Source: an uncultured delta proteobacterium (GTDB taxonomy: Bacteria > Desulfobacterota > Binatia > UBA9968). From it: a stretch of DNA of 64,000 nt. Below, piece by piece: positions 33,264 through 43,738 of the stretch; position 1 is the stretch's first letter; every line of letters starts with the position of its first letter. Location: assembly GCA_963804165.1 (NCBI GenBank), contig CAWDPO010000043.1, forward strand, positions 192,001-256,000, read 5' to 3'. A program made the position numbers and the translations under genes. The notes under the pieces are model-generated. The model ran no database searches, had not been told where the DNA came from, and saw nothing but the letters and a program-made list of their open reading frames with translations.

Positions 33264-34265
33264 TTACACATCTTCAAAGCGATGATTGTGCCACCGTGTA
33301 ATCGTATGCGGCCCCGGTTCGAATCGCCCGTTGTGATTATCGCGGCTGAAACAACAAGCACCGCTGGCGCCGTCCAGCGTTATGCCTGATTCCAGATAAT
33401 CGATGGCGCGCAACGGATCGCTCCCGGCAGCCTTCAAGGCCGCAGCGCAATGTGCCAAGCCATCCCAGCCAAAGGCATGATTGGCGGTCGGTATTTTCAC
33501 GCCTTTCGCCGTCATCACTCGGAGAAACTCCCGTTGCGCCGGCGTCTGTTGGCCGTTTCGATGAAACATATCGACGAACCAGCACTCGCTGGTAGGATCG
33601 CCGAGCGACAGCAAAAAACTCTCTCTCAAGAGCGAGCGGCCGAAGAGAATAGGAATATCCATCGCGACGTTTCGGATCATCTGCACCACACGCAAAGCTT
33701 TTTGCTCGCTGGAAAAGATCGCGTAAATCAAATCAGGCTTCCACCCGGTTGATAGTTGAACCCCTTCTTCGAACAACACCGGCTGGGATCTCCCGTCCAT
33801 TCCGCGGGTTCTTAACGCACTCTCCATAGTCGAAGCCACACGGCTTTGGAACTCTGTCTGGTCATGGAGCAGAAGAATATGTCGTCGATTCGTTTTCGCG
33901 ATGAGCGCTGCCACAGCGGCGGTCGTCTGGCGGGTCGGCAGTCCGATGTGAAATACCTGCCGGCGACCCTGGCAAACCACAGGATTATTGTTGGCAACGA
34001 AGCACAGGAGATTCATCTTTGCGGCCAATTCGCCAAGGCGAGTTGACTCAGGAACGTTGGTTGCCCCGATCACGGCCGAAACCTTGCCATCTTGCCCGCG
34101 CGTGAGTTTTCTTTCGAGATCGGCGTCGTCATCGCGCTGGAAGATTTCTTCCGTAAGGACAATTTCGTCCCCATTGACTCGCATCTGCGCCGACAACCGG
34201 ACGCCAAGGGACTGATCTATCGGGGAAGGATCATCGCTTTCCGGCCGCAATAGAAGAATACGCAT
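33264..34265 (-). CDS. Periplasmic-binding-protein type 1 (LivJ/AmiC-like) domain protein without signal peptide
   Basis: VSAVIGA, QVFHIG, AFGWDG, LDGASGACCFSRDNHNG tail typical of LivJ-like proteins. Confidence 0.65.
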   Translation of the reverse strand: MRILLLRPESDDPSPIDQSLGVRLSAQMRVNGDEIVLTEEIFQRDDDADLERKLTRGQDGKVSAVIGATNVPESTRLGELAAKMNLLCFVANNNPVVCQGRRQVFHIGLPTRQTTAAVAALIAKTNRRHILLLHDQTEFQSRVASTMESALRTRGMDGRSQPVLFEEGVQLSTGWKPDLIYAIFSSEQKALRVVQMIRNVAMDIPILFGRSLLRESFLLSLGDPTSECWFVDMFHRNGQQTPAQREFLRVMTAKGVKIPTANHAFGWDGLAHCAAALKAAGSDPLRAIDYLESGITLDGASGACCFSRDNHNGRFEPGPHTITRWHNHRFEDV

Positions 34266-34283
34266 AGTCTCCCAAAGCCTCCT

Positions 34284-35370
34284 TCACCGCCCGAGCAGCT
34301 CTTTAAACCGGAGTCGGATTTTTTCTTTTTCCGTCACGGTAAATTGCCAATCGTAAGTGTCGAAGTATTTGATTCCTTCCTTGGGCCTTTCCTCGTCTGA
34401 GATGAAAGATTCGTCGGTATCCGTGCGCAACGCCGCCCGACCCTCGGCACGGGCATAGACCTCCAACCCCTCCTTTGAAACAATCCAATTCAAAAAGACC
34501 CGCGCCGCGTTCGGGTGCGGCGCTTTGTTCATAAGAGCCAGCAACCAAGGCGAGCCGGTCAAAGCCGGCGGCATGTCGGGAAACCCATAAACTTCCCTGA
34601 GCGGGAATCCCTCTTTGATCATCCTGCCCACGTCCGAACTTTGCGCGCCAAAGGCAATCGGGTAAGTTCCCCGCGCCAGCCAATCGGTGAGTTGACGCCG
34701 CTCTCGGGTAAGGACCACCTTCTGACCGAGGTAAAGTCTTTTGACGAAATCCTCTCCCATTTGAAGATAGATCCGCGCCGCCGTGTTGCTGCCGCTCCCT
34801 GCAACCGTCGGATCCTCGGTCGCAATCTTGCCGCGCCATTTGGTTTGCAGCAAATCGGTGGCATTGGTTAATTCATCCGCCTTCACATGATCCGCGTTTA
34901 TGTGCAGCAGGCCGGTGATCGTGCTGTAGACTCTCAGTACGTATCGTTCTTCCGGATCGACGAACCAAGGCTTTCCTCGCTTCCACCTTTTTTGATCCAC
35001 GACTTCTGGAAGGATCAATGCCGGCTTGAGCGGATCGAGCATCTTTTCCGCGTAAAGAATATTGGCCACCGTCTGGATACCGCCGAGAAAAACATCGACG
35101 GTACTTATCCCCGCCCGTCGCTCGATCCCTAACCGGTCGGCCAGTTTGCTCGACGACCCCGCCAAATGCTCCACGGTGACGCCATAACGCGCTTTAAACT
35201 TAGCGCGCGATCTCACGCATGACCGGGTCCGGCGACGTCGCGACCACCAACTTGCCTTCTTTCTTCGCGCCTTCCAGCGCATCGGTCCATTCCTTTTCCC
35301 ATCCCTTCGGCTGCCCATAGACTGAAAGAGGTAAAATCAAGAGTGCAATCATCACCAACGTTTGAATCAT
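34284..35370 (-). pseudogene. Extracellular solute-binding protein (Fe3+/thiamine-like), frameshift near 35205
   Basis: MIQTLVMIALL..WEKEW..LEGAKKEGKLVV in one frame continues as KFKARYGVTVE..KWRGKI..APHPNAARVFLNW in another; shift lies in a GCGCGC run. Confidence 0.8.
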
Positions 35371-35620
35371 TTCACGGCTCCTTGATGAATGAATCAGCGA
35401 GAAAATCAAAATACTATTGTCCGGTCCGTCGCACAATAATTTACACTATGCGGCCATCCTGAACGGGACCAGAGATATGCTGAAACTCGGCGCCGCTATG
35501 TCGACCGCTGCGCTCTAGCCGTTTGCCGGTAACGGAAACCCCACGACTAAACCCAATCCGCCGTTACATGTGCTCAATTACTTATCCTTCCTACAGACTA
35601 TCGCCAAGACTTTGCTAGCC

Positions 35621-35662
35621 GTTATTGCGCGGCGAGATGTGGATGTAAAAAACCGCGAAAAA
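35621..35662 (-). promoter_or_regulatory. Copy 2 of the duplicated sigma70-like promoter motif
   Basis: Minus strand TTTACA-N17-AATAAC, upstream of the solute-binding protein gene. Confidence 0.5.
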
Positions 35663-35713
35663 GCATGATGTCATGAATATGCTGCACCCCTGCCGCGCCG
35701 ACCCCTTGGCTTC

Positions 35714-36030
35714 CTAAGTTTGCTTCCGAACTGTTTCGGCGATTTTTTGCAGGCCGTAGCCGGCGATCATGAACCGGTCACGCAGATTCGTGTCCTCGAT
35801 TCCCGGAGGCGGCGGCGCAACGGCGGCATCCTCGAGGGACATGGGCAGGATAGTATTCAGTCCCGGTTTGACTTGCGCGATCTGGAACTCCCCAAGCACC
35901 CGTTTCGACGCGTTCGCATTGCGCGACCAGAAGAGCAAGAAGACGTCGCGCGCCAGCAATCTCTTGCGCAAGCTGAGGTTTGAATGCGTCATTGGTTTTC
36001 AGGTCGAGACAATCCTGAAAGATGTTTCAC
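35714..36030 (-). pseudogene. Truncated, frameshifted TIR-domain remnant
   Basis: IFQDCLDLKTNDAFKPQLAQEIA / shift / RDVFLLFWSRNANASKRVLGEFQIA..ILPMSLEDAAVAPPPP matches the TIR_2 pattern. Confidence 0.7.
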
Positions 36031-36063
36031 TAGAGACTCAACCGAAAGCCCAGCGGACCAGAT

Positions 36064-37869
36064 TTACACCGACTCCCTCGAGTTGGCAATTTCGGTTGGG
36101 ATCGTGACGGTGAAGATTGAGCCTTTTTCCGGCTTGCTTTCAACGGCAATTTGTCCGCCCAGTAGCGCGGAAAATTCCTTGACGATATACAGTCCGAGCC
36201 CGACGCCTTCGAAGGAGCGAGTCTGCGAGCTATCGACTTGGTGAAATCGCTCGAAGATGGACTGCGTCTCCTCAGGCGCGATGCCAATCCCCGTGTCCGC
36301 CACAACGAACTCCACTCTCTTGTCACTGGGAAAATAACGCACCGAAGTAGTGACGGTGCCCCTTTCGGTGAACTTGATGGCGTTGCTGATAATGTTTTGA
36401 AGAATTTGTTTCAGTTTCGCAGCGTCGGTTTCGATGGTTGGCAGTTCTGGAGGATAATCCCAAATAAGACTAAGCTCTTTTTTGGATTGAGCTCGATAAT
36501 CCGTCTTCAATTCGTCCACCAATTCTGTCAAGCTGACTTCGCCTGCTTCGAGCTTGGCGCCGTTGCCTTCCAGCGAAGTTGCATACAGCAAACTGTTGAT
36601 CATATTCAAAAGATCCTTCGACCGCGCGGCTATCGTATCGATCGCCGCGGCTTGTTGGGAATTGGTGTCGCCCAACATTCCGTCTTTCAGCAATTGGGCA
36701 TAGCCCATGACCACGTTGACCGGCGTGCGGAGCTCGTGCGACATGACGTTCAGGAACTCATCCTTAGCTTTGTTTGACCGGCGCATTTCCTCGTAGAGTT
36801 GGGAATTATGTATCGCTATCGCCGCTTGACTTGCCAGCGTGGTAAGAAACTTAACCTCCTCGGCGTTAAATGCGTGCTCCTCCTTGGTGAAGAACGTCAA
36901 AAACCCCGACACTTCGCCCTTGGCGACCAAGGGAACTCGCAGATAAGAGACTAAACTATTCCTGCGCAAAAACTCGGATTGTTGAGATCGCGGGTCGGTT
37001 TGCGCGTTGAGAATCATCACCGGCGCATGGTCATGCTCTGAAATCTTATCTAAACGCATGCGTCTCGCGATCACCGCTTTCCACTCGCTTTCGTCCAGGT
37101 TCCGGCAGGCGACGGGCTCCAACTCGCCGGTTTTTTTATTCACCAGGGTAACGGTAACGACGGCATAGGGAAGAAAGACATCGATCTTTTCGAGCAGCAC
37201 GTCCAAGACGGCGCGCAGATCCAGCGAAGAAGTGATAGCCATCTCAATTTCACGCAGGGCCTGAATGCGCTCTTCTCCGATCTTCTTCTCCTTGCCCACC
37301 TTTTCCGCGAGATAACCGTAAAACAGCGACACGATAAACATGAACGGGATCCGGACCAAGGATTGGGACGTCCAGATCGTCGTCCCGTCGCCGCCTGGGA
37401 GGATGAATAGAAAGAGGTCAATGGCACTCAACACAACGCTGGCGCAGATTATAAGGGAGAGGCTCTGTCCTACCCCGGCGAGAAACAGGATGAGGAAGTA
37501 AAGTAGGAACGTGCCGCTGCCGAAAACGCCTTCGTGCCAAAGTCCCAAAGTGATCCAGATTATATCGAAACAGATGACGGCTCCCACGCTTACTGGACGC
37601 ATTAGGCGATGCTGCGAAAACTGCGAGGCGATTACGTTGGAGAGGAGCGCCATGGCGATCAGGAGGATCGCCACCGTGGAGGCACCGAGCTCCCCACCGA
37701 AGAGGAACAGATAGGCCGCCGCGATGATCAGAACGTATCTGAGGAGCAGGAAGGTCGAGGCCTCGTCGTCGGTACGCAGCTTCTTGCCGCGCTTCGCCGG
37801 CGCCTCAGTCTTTGCAAGCAGCGGAGCTCCGCCCAGTACAGTTTCCATTTGAGGGCTATGAGAAGTCAA
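36064..37869 (-). CDS. Membrane sensor histidine kinase with GAF domain
   Basis: Multi-TM N-terminus, GAF (YLRVPL..LASQAAIAIHN), MSHELRTP, NAIKFT, DTGIG, GVGLGL; start may be ATG 37848. Confidence 0.92.
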   Translation of the reverse strand: MTSHSPQMETVLGGAPLLAKTEAPAKRGKKLRTDDEASTFLLLRYVLIIAAAYLFLFGGELGASTVAILLIAMALLSNVIASQFSQHRLMRPVSVGAVICFDIIWITLGLWHEGVFGSGTFLLYFLILFLAGVGQSLSLIICASVVLSAIDLFLFILPGGDGTTIWTSQSLVRIPFMFIVSLFYGYLAEKVGKEKKIGEERIQALREIEMAITSSLDLRAVLDVLLEKIDVFLPYAVVTVTLVNKKTGELEPVACRNLDESEWKAVIARRMRLDKISEHDHAPVMILNAQTDPRSQQSEFLRRNSLVSYLRVPLVAKGEVSGFLTFFTKEEHAFNAEEVKFLTTLASQAAIAIHNSQLYEEMRRSNKAKDEFLNVMSHELRTPVNVVMGYAQLLKDGMLGDTNSQQAAAIDTIAARSKDLLNMINSLLYATSLEGNGAKLEAGEVSLTELVDELKTDYRAQSKKELSLIWDYPPELPTIETDAAKLKQILQNIISNAIKFTERGTVTTSVRYFPSDKRVEFVVADTGIGIAPEETQSIFERFHQVDSSQTRSFEGVGLGLYIVKEFSALLGGQIAVESKPEKGSIFTVTIPTEIANSRESV

Positions 37870-38194
37870 ACCATGGGGTAAAAAGATCTTTGCCGGCGGG
37901 GTGCCCGCGATTTCTTAGGGGCTTTCAAACAAACCCGGCCTCGCCGGTCATAATGTAGCCAATGACACGAGCGCTCCAACGGAGTACCAAAAGCGCCATT
38001 ATTAGGTGACCTGAGCAATCTTTCTACCTCTCCTTCACTGCTCCGTTGAACGCATTCACACACACCCATCCCAGGTACAAAATTCTAAGCGATTTAGGTG
38101 CGCGCGCCAAGGAAGATTTCCGTAAGGCCGTGATCTTGGATACCGCACGCACTTAGCGCGCCGCTGGAACGTTTGCAATCGGCTTCCGTATTAC

Positions 38195-38224
38195 TTTGAA
38201 CGATTGAACCTTGAACTTTGAACC
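38195..38224. repeat. Short tandem TTGAAC(n) repeat, 4 units
   Basis: TTTGAACGA TTGAACC TTGAACT TTGAACC. Confidence 0.7.
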
Positions 38225-38315
38225 GCCGTTCAAGCGAAGAAACGACGACGCTCGCAAATGAAAACGCTGCAGGTGAGTGAGTCCGCAATGAGACAACAGG
38301 AAAGTAGCGATGAAT

Positions 38316-38567
38316 CTAGGCGCTGATAGAATCGATCGCTTTGGCGATGTCGGGGATCGCTTTGGGATAGACCCTACTCGCAAGGTTAAGAAGCATTTTC
38401 GCTTCGTCCAGTTGGCACAACAGTTTCGTTGTGCGCACGAAGTGATCGTCGGACAGGCCGGGTTCTATACTGGCATTCTGCATGATCTCGTAGACTCGCG
38501 AGAATTTGCTCACTTTCCACATCAACCGGTCATACCGATCGAGAGGCATCGTGATCAACAACGGCAT
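38316..38567 (-). CDS. Small hypothetical protein (paralogue of 44033-44269)
   Basis: 83 aa; shares Y.RL......SR.Y....N..I and C.LDEAK.L...AS with 44033-44269. Confidence 0.65.
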   Translation of the reverse strand: MPLLITMPLDRYDRLMWKVSKFSRVYEIMQNASIEPGLSDDHFVRTTKLLCQLDEAKMLLNLASRVYPKAIPDIAKAIDSISA

Positions 38568-38724
38568 CTCGTAAGGCTAGCCCAACGAGCGCACAGACGC
38601 AATAATAAAACATCGCCGACTTAAATGCTTCAGTCCAACTTCCGGCAGTTTCTTCTGGGGCTTCTCGACCGCGCGTTTCGCCGGCTGACGGTTTTGCGTC
38701 AGACCGTCCCCTTTTTTTCAAAGA

Positions 38725-39699
38725 TTAGGGAGCGGGTTTCCACTTTCTCGTATCGAGATCGGCGCGAATTTTTCTCACCGGTGCGAAGTCATAGATTTTC
38801 TCCGCCATGGCAGGCTCCTTGATTCCCTGAACCTTAAACATAAATTCGAGAACTTTTTTTTGAAGGTCCGGAGTAATCGTCCCATCCGCCGTGAGTCCTG
38901 GCAGAACCAGGTCATAAATCTTTGCGGCCATGTCCTCCTGGATTTTCATGAGTCGCGCCAGGATCGGAATCGTGCCAGCGCGGTTCTGCCGGATGTGCAG
39001 CAAACCTTTCAGCGTCCCCCTGATCATCTTTTCCATCAGGAGCGGGTCGGACTGAAAAAGATTTTCCCTAACCACGATGGCTCCCGCAGGCTCTGTGAGA
39101 TAGTCCTGTTTGACGAAAGCGACAAGCTCGCGCAAGCCGGATTCCTGCGCTCTGAAATTAAAGGGGGGCGTAAGATTGGTCGCGTCAATAGTGCCGCTTT
39201 GCAACGCCGCGAAGCGGTTCGCCGTCGTTCCCACACCGAGGATAGTGACGTCGCGGGCGGAGTCCAGCCCGTGCCGCTTTAAAATCTCTTGAACGAGAAA
39301 TTGGGTGCTCGCGCCAATCGCGCTGACGCCGATCTTTTTTCCCTTGAGTCCTTTGACGTCTTTTATTTCCGGTTTCGCATATAGCCAATGCATGGGCCGG
39401 TTAAAGCAAAGGAAAACAAATTTAAGCGGAGCGCCGCGGGCAATGGCGCCAACGACACTGGGGCCGCTCGAGATGAAGTCGACGTTTCCCCCCAGCAACG
39501 CCATATTGGCCACCGCCGCGGTCATCAGAATAAGCTCCACGTCTAAATCTTCCTCTCGGAAGTAGCCTTTCTCCTGAGCGATCACCATGGGCAGCACAGA
39601 CTGGCTAAAAGTCGCAACCGCCATCTGCACCTTCCTAGCCTCTGCGACAGTCGCAAAACTAACCAGTAAAACAAAAATCGAGAAAATCTTAACTCCCAC
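38725..39699 (-). CDS. NMT1/SsuA-like ABC substrate-binding protein
   Basis: Signal peptide; IAQEKGYFREEDL, LKGKKIGVS, ALQSGTIDA. Confidence 0.88.
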   Translation of the reverse strand: MGVKIFSIFVLLVSFATVAEARKVQMAVATFSQSVLPMVIAQEKGYFREEDLDVELILMTAAVANMALLGGNVDFISSGPSVVGAIARGAPLKFVFLCFNRPMHWLYAKPEIKDVKGLKGKKIGVSAIGASTQFLVQEILKRHGLDSARDVTILGVGTTANRFAALQSGTIDATNLTPPFNFRAQESGLRELVAFVKQDYLTEPAGAIVVRENLFQSDPLLMEKMIRGTLKGLLHIRQNRAGTIPILARLMKIQEDMAAKIYDLVLPGLTADGTITPDLQKKVLEFMFKVQGIKEPAMAEKIYDFAPVRKIRADLDTRKWKPAP

Positions 39700-39971
39700 G
39701 AAGCGCTTCTAACATATGCGAAGACGCGAGCTCAACGGAAACTAGCCTGTCCCCCCTTTTCTTTCCCAAGCGAGAAAGATCGGAAGACCAGTCGTTCTAA
39801 CTTTTCCAGTCGGAAATTTCCGGACGGTTAGCTAGCTAATCCCCTACATAAATTGCGAACGTCACACCAAAAATCCTCGGTTAGACTCATTAAAAGCGTA
39901 TTGTCGCTCAGCGATCGAGGCAAAAGGCCCTGTTTGTGCCAATTTCCTGTAGTCATTCTCCTGACTACCCA

Positions 39972-39988
39972 GTGGTACGTGTTTTGCC
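39972..39988 (+). promoter_or_regulatory. sigma54 (-24/-12) promoter for the AsmA-family gene
   Basis: TGGTACGTGTTTTGC (GG-N10-GC), about 45 nt before ATG 40033. Confidence 0.65.
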
Positions 39989-40032
39989 CTTGTAGATACT
40001 ATTGCTGAAGTATTCGGCGAACCGGGGGCACT

Positions 40033-42147
40033 ATGACAAAGCGAAAACGTCGCGCTTTGATCTGGACGGGGTCGATCTTTGGTGTTTTTGCGGTTCTTGC
40101 GATCGCGTTGCTGATCTTCATTTCGACTCTCGATCAGAACAAGGCAAAGAAATACATATCAGCAGGAGTCCACACAGCAACCGGCCGGCAACTGAGCATC
40201 AATGGGGATATCCGCTTAGATCTCGGCTGGGTCTCCAGACTGAGCGCCAGCGAAATACAATTTCAGAACGCGGGCTGGAGCAAACACCCGCAGATGGCCG
40301 AAATCGGACTCTTCGACGTCGAGATAGATCTCTGGCAACTCGTTCGACATTTTCGCGTGGTTCTCCCCACGGTCACCATATCCCAACCCAAGGTGGTGCT
40401 CGAAAAAAATGCTGAGGGCTCGGCAAACTGGGAGTTTCGCGCAGCGCCCGCAGTGACCGAACCCGTGGTACCGGAGAACCGCAGTAATTTTCCTGTCATC
40501 GAAAAAGTAATTATAAAAGACGGTACGCTCCTGTTTGATGACCAGGAAAGCAAAACCCAGATTGAATTGAAGGTAACTGCGGAAGGTGCGGGATTTTTAG
40601 AGGCGCCGGTCAAGCTCAAAGCGGAAGGGACCTATCAGAAACTGCCGCTGACTCTATCCTTGGATGGCGGTTCTTATCAAAACCTGAGAAGCTCAAAGGA
40701 GCCCTACCCTCTGCTTATCAACCTCGGCGCCGGTAAGCTGAAAGCAAAAATCAACGGTAATCTGACCGAGCCATTGGCGATGAAAGGGGAAGACGTCACG
40801 CTCGATATTCAAGGCGACGACATGGCGAATTTATACCCGCTCATCCGCCTCGTGTTTCCATCGACGCCGCCTTACCGCCTCAAAGGTCACTTAAAGCACG
40901 ACGGTAAAGTCTGGTCATTTTCAAATTTTTCCGGCCGCGTGGGTGATAGCGACCTATCGGGCAACATCCGGGTTGATACAGCGCCGAAGCGCCCGTTTAT
41001 GAAAGCCGATCTTGTTTCTAATTTACTCGACTTCGACGACTTGGCCGGTTTTATCGGGGGCAAGCCTGGAACAGCTCCGGGCGAGACGGCTTCAGAGGAG
41101 CAAAAAAAGCAAGCTGCCGCTGAAAAGGACGGTGATCGACTATTTCCGGATCAACGCTACGACTTGGAGCGTTTGCGAGCCATGGATGCGGACGTTCGGC
41201 TGCGCGCCAAAAAAATCCTCGCGCCCAAACTACCGATCGACGACCTCAACGCCACATTAAACTTAAACGACGGAGTTTTGCGCTTCGCGCCGGCGGCATT
41301 CGGCGTCGCCAATGGCCGCATGGAGATCTACAGCACCTTCGACGGATCGAAACGGCCCTCGGAAGTGAAGATCGACGCGCGGCTCCGGCACCTGGATTTG
41401 AAACGATTCCTCGGCGACAGTTCTTTCGCACAAAAAACCCTCAGTCCCATTGGGGGCCGAATCGTTCTTACGGGTGCCGGCGAATCCTTTCGCGACCTCA
41501 TGGCTACTGCCTCCGGCAATACTTTCTTCGCCATGTCGGGCGGAGAGATCAGCGAGTTGCTCGTTCGGTTGGCTGGACTCGACGTTGCTCGTGCGTTGGG
41601 CGTCGCTGTTCGGGGTGATAAGCCAATCCCTGTCCGCTGTGCCCTACTAAATCTCCAGGGACAGGACGGACAGATGGGCGTTCAAACGCTGGTATTCGAT
41701 ACCGCCAATTCCGTCATTTCCGGTGAAGGCAACATCGACCTCCGAGATGAGAAGGTCAATATTGTGGTATTGCCGGTGCCGAAAGGTTTCAGCCCGCTGA
41801 GCCTGCGTTCGTATATCCGCGTGACGGGCGCTTTTAAGAACATTTCTGTTTTTCCGGATCCGATCAAGACCGGGACGGATTCCCTGTTTAAAAAACTCTT
41901 CAATGTTCTGACGATGCTCGTAATGACTCCACTCCAACCCAGAGATCTCGGCCAGGGGAAGGACGTGGACTGCGATGCCCTGATCGCCCAGGTGCAGAGC
42001 CAAGATCCGCAGGGACTGGTCCTCAAAGACGTGCAAAAAACCAGCGGTGAAAAAACAGTTCCACCCAAGCGAGTTTCCACGGACCAACCTCCTGAAATTA
42101 CCCAGGCTGCTCCGGCCCGCAGCTTTGAGGACAACAGGACCGAGTGA
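40033..42147 (+). CDS. AsmA family (YhjG-like) envelope/lipid-transfer protein
   Basis: N-terminal TM, ATGRQLSINGD, STPPYRLKG, VGDSDLSG, IPVRCA, LVFDT, FSPLSLRS. Confidence 0.88.
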   Translation: MTKRKRRALIWTGSIFGVFAVLAIALLIFISTLDQNKAKKYISAGVHTATGRQLSINGDIRLDLGWVSRLSASEIQFQNAGWSKHPQMAEIGLFDVEIDLWQLVRHFRVVLPTVTISQPKVVLEKNAEGSANWEFRAAPAVTEPVVPENRSNFPVIEKVIIKDGTLLFDDQESKTQIELKVTAEGAGFLEAPVKLKAEGTYQKLPLTLSLDGGSYQNLRSSKEPYPLLINLGAGKLKAKINGNLTEPLAMKGEDVTLDIQGDDMANLYPLIRLVFPSTPPYRLKGHLKHDGKVWSFSNFSGRVGDSDLSGNIRVDTAPKRPFMKADLVSNLLDFDDLAGFIGGKPGTAPGETASEEQKKQAAAEKDGDRLFPDQRYDLERLRAMDADVRLRAKKILAPKLPIDDLNATLNLNDGVLRFAPAAFGVANGRMEIYSTFDGSKRPSEVKIDARLRHLDLKRFLGDSSFAQKTLSPIGGRIVLTGAGESFRDLMATASGNTFFAMSGGEISELLVRLAGLDVARALGVAVRGDKPIPVRCALLNLQGQDGQMGVQTLVFDTANSVISGEGNIDLRDEKVNIVVLPVPKGFSPLSLRSYIRVTGAFKNISVFPDPIKTGTDSLFKKLFNVLTMLVMTPLQPRDLGQGKDVDCDALIAQVQSQDPQGLVLKDVQKTSGEKTVPPKRVSTDQPPEITQAAPARSFEDNRTE

Positions 42148-42464
42148 AAATACGTCTTGGGGTTGGCTTCCTAGTGCTTTCAATGCCGAACTTACTAACT
42201 TGAAAGACTAGTCTAAGAGGACATCGGTAGGGGTAAAACCGCCATTTCCAATAAGTCAGAGTAGGAAAGTCGCTACATACGGGCTCGCTTCAAGCAGTTG
42301 TGGGTTGGGGATTATCATTCTCGCCTGGACAAAACTTTTTTCCCGCTGTACGGACCAATTTCATTAATTCATACACGATACCGCACACTTCGCGTTTGCA
42401 GTATGAGCCGTACCCCAGCGCCAAGGAATGACGCGGGCTGGTCAAGTCGATCGCAGGCGGAAAT

Positions 42465-42480
42465 AGGTATGGCCCTTGCA
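42465..42480 (+). promoter_or_regulatory. Possible sigma54 promoter for the mlaC-like gene
   Basis: AGGTATGGCCCTTGCA (GG-N10-GC). Confidence 0.45.
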
Positions 42481-42608
42481 GTTCTTACTTACTACTTCGA
42501 ACCGGTAGGCAAAGTCATCCAGTATTAACTCCCCGTATTTGAGTGCCAGGGTTCATGGCTCGACCTCGTGTTTGTGCCTAGATCACGGACCATAGAGAGG
42601 GGAGACTT

Positions 42609-43203
42609 ATGAAAATCTTCAGATTTGGACTTGGTTTATGGATTTTTGTCTTTTTTATTGCCTTCGCTTCTCAGCGCAGGCGACGCCACCAAACAACTAA
42701 GCACGACGATTGATGGTTTTGTACCCATCATCAGCAACACCCCGCGCGAGGAATTGCAGGCAAATGGGATGCCTGAGAGCGCGCGTAAATTGGTGCTCGC
42801 TCGTTTCGATTTTTCTGAAATGACGAAGCGCTCGTTGGGTCAGCACTGGAAGTCGCTGAATCGGGGGGAACAGAAGCAATTTGTCGACGCCTTTACACAA
42901 TGGCAATTGATTTCTTATGGCAGAATCGTGCGCTCCTCTCGAGGCGATGAAGTTCAATTCAACCGTGAACTTCAGGATGGTAAGGATGTGAGCGTCGAGA
43001 CCAAGGTCGTGCGCCGCTACAGTGAGGATTTACCGATCGACTACTGGCTGCATAACGTCAACGGGCAGTGGAAAGTATACAATATGGTGATCGATCATGT
43101 GGATATCGTTAAAAATGTTCGCGCTCAATTTGAACGTGTAGTTGCCAAATCGTCACTTCAAGAGCTGCTCCAAAGGGTCAAAGATCAGAACCCGCGTTCA
43201 TGA
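42609..43203 (+). CDS. mlaC: MlaC/Ttg2D phospholipid-binding protein; frameshift in a T-run near 42645
   Basis: RFDFSEMTKRSLGQHWK..QFVDAF, IDYWLH..WKVYNMVID; the RBS-backed ATG 42609 is one base out of frame with the body. Confidence 0.78.
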
Positions 43204-43510
43204 ATGCTGGAGTCGACTCTACGACAATCGCTCCGCATGGCGCTATCGGTACAGAGATCGTTATGACGACTAAGAATAGCGCGTCTTAAGCTGAAACATT
43301 TTTGATGCCCAAGGAGCAGGAGGCACCTTGATCCGACAATAATGGCAGCCTGGATCTAAATCCCAGAAAAAGAAGCCGAAGAAACCGAAGAAGCGCTAAC
43401 TTCATATCCTCCGCGCCTCCTTGCGCGTACAGTGCGTCGGGCGAGTGAACCAACGCGGGTAAGGTGCGCCCGCCGAGGCGAGATCCTGATCCGCGACCAC
43501 TGAGGAGAAC

Positions 43511-43738
43511 ATGAATAACAACGAGATAGGGCGGATTTGGGCGGAATATTACCCGAAGTCGGGGGACAACAGAGATGCTCTTCAATTATGCGGGATGATC
43601 TGTCGCCTGATCCGAGCCGAGACCAGACGCGGTTTTGTTCTTACTAGGTCCGGTAGACTACAGCGTGTTCTAGATACCTGTGGCATTCCCAAAGCCGACT
43701 TTGACCAGGTCGAAAAATGGTTGTTTAAGGAGATGTGA
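43511..43738 (+). CDS. Small hypothetical protein
   Basis: 75 aa with GAGGAG RBS; no family recognised. Confidence 0.55.
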   Translation: MNNNEIGRIWAEYYPKSGDNRDALQLCGMICRLIRAETRRGFVLTRSGRLQRVLDTCGIPKADFDQVEKWLFKEM

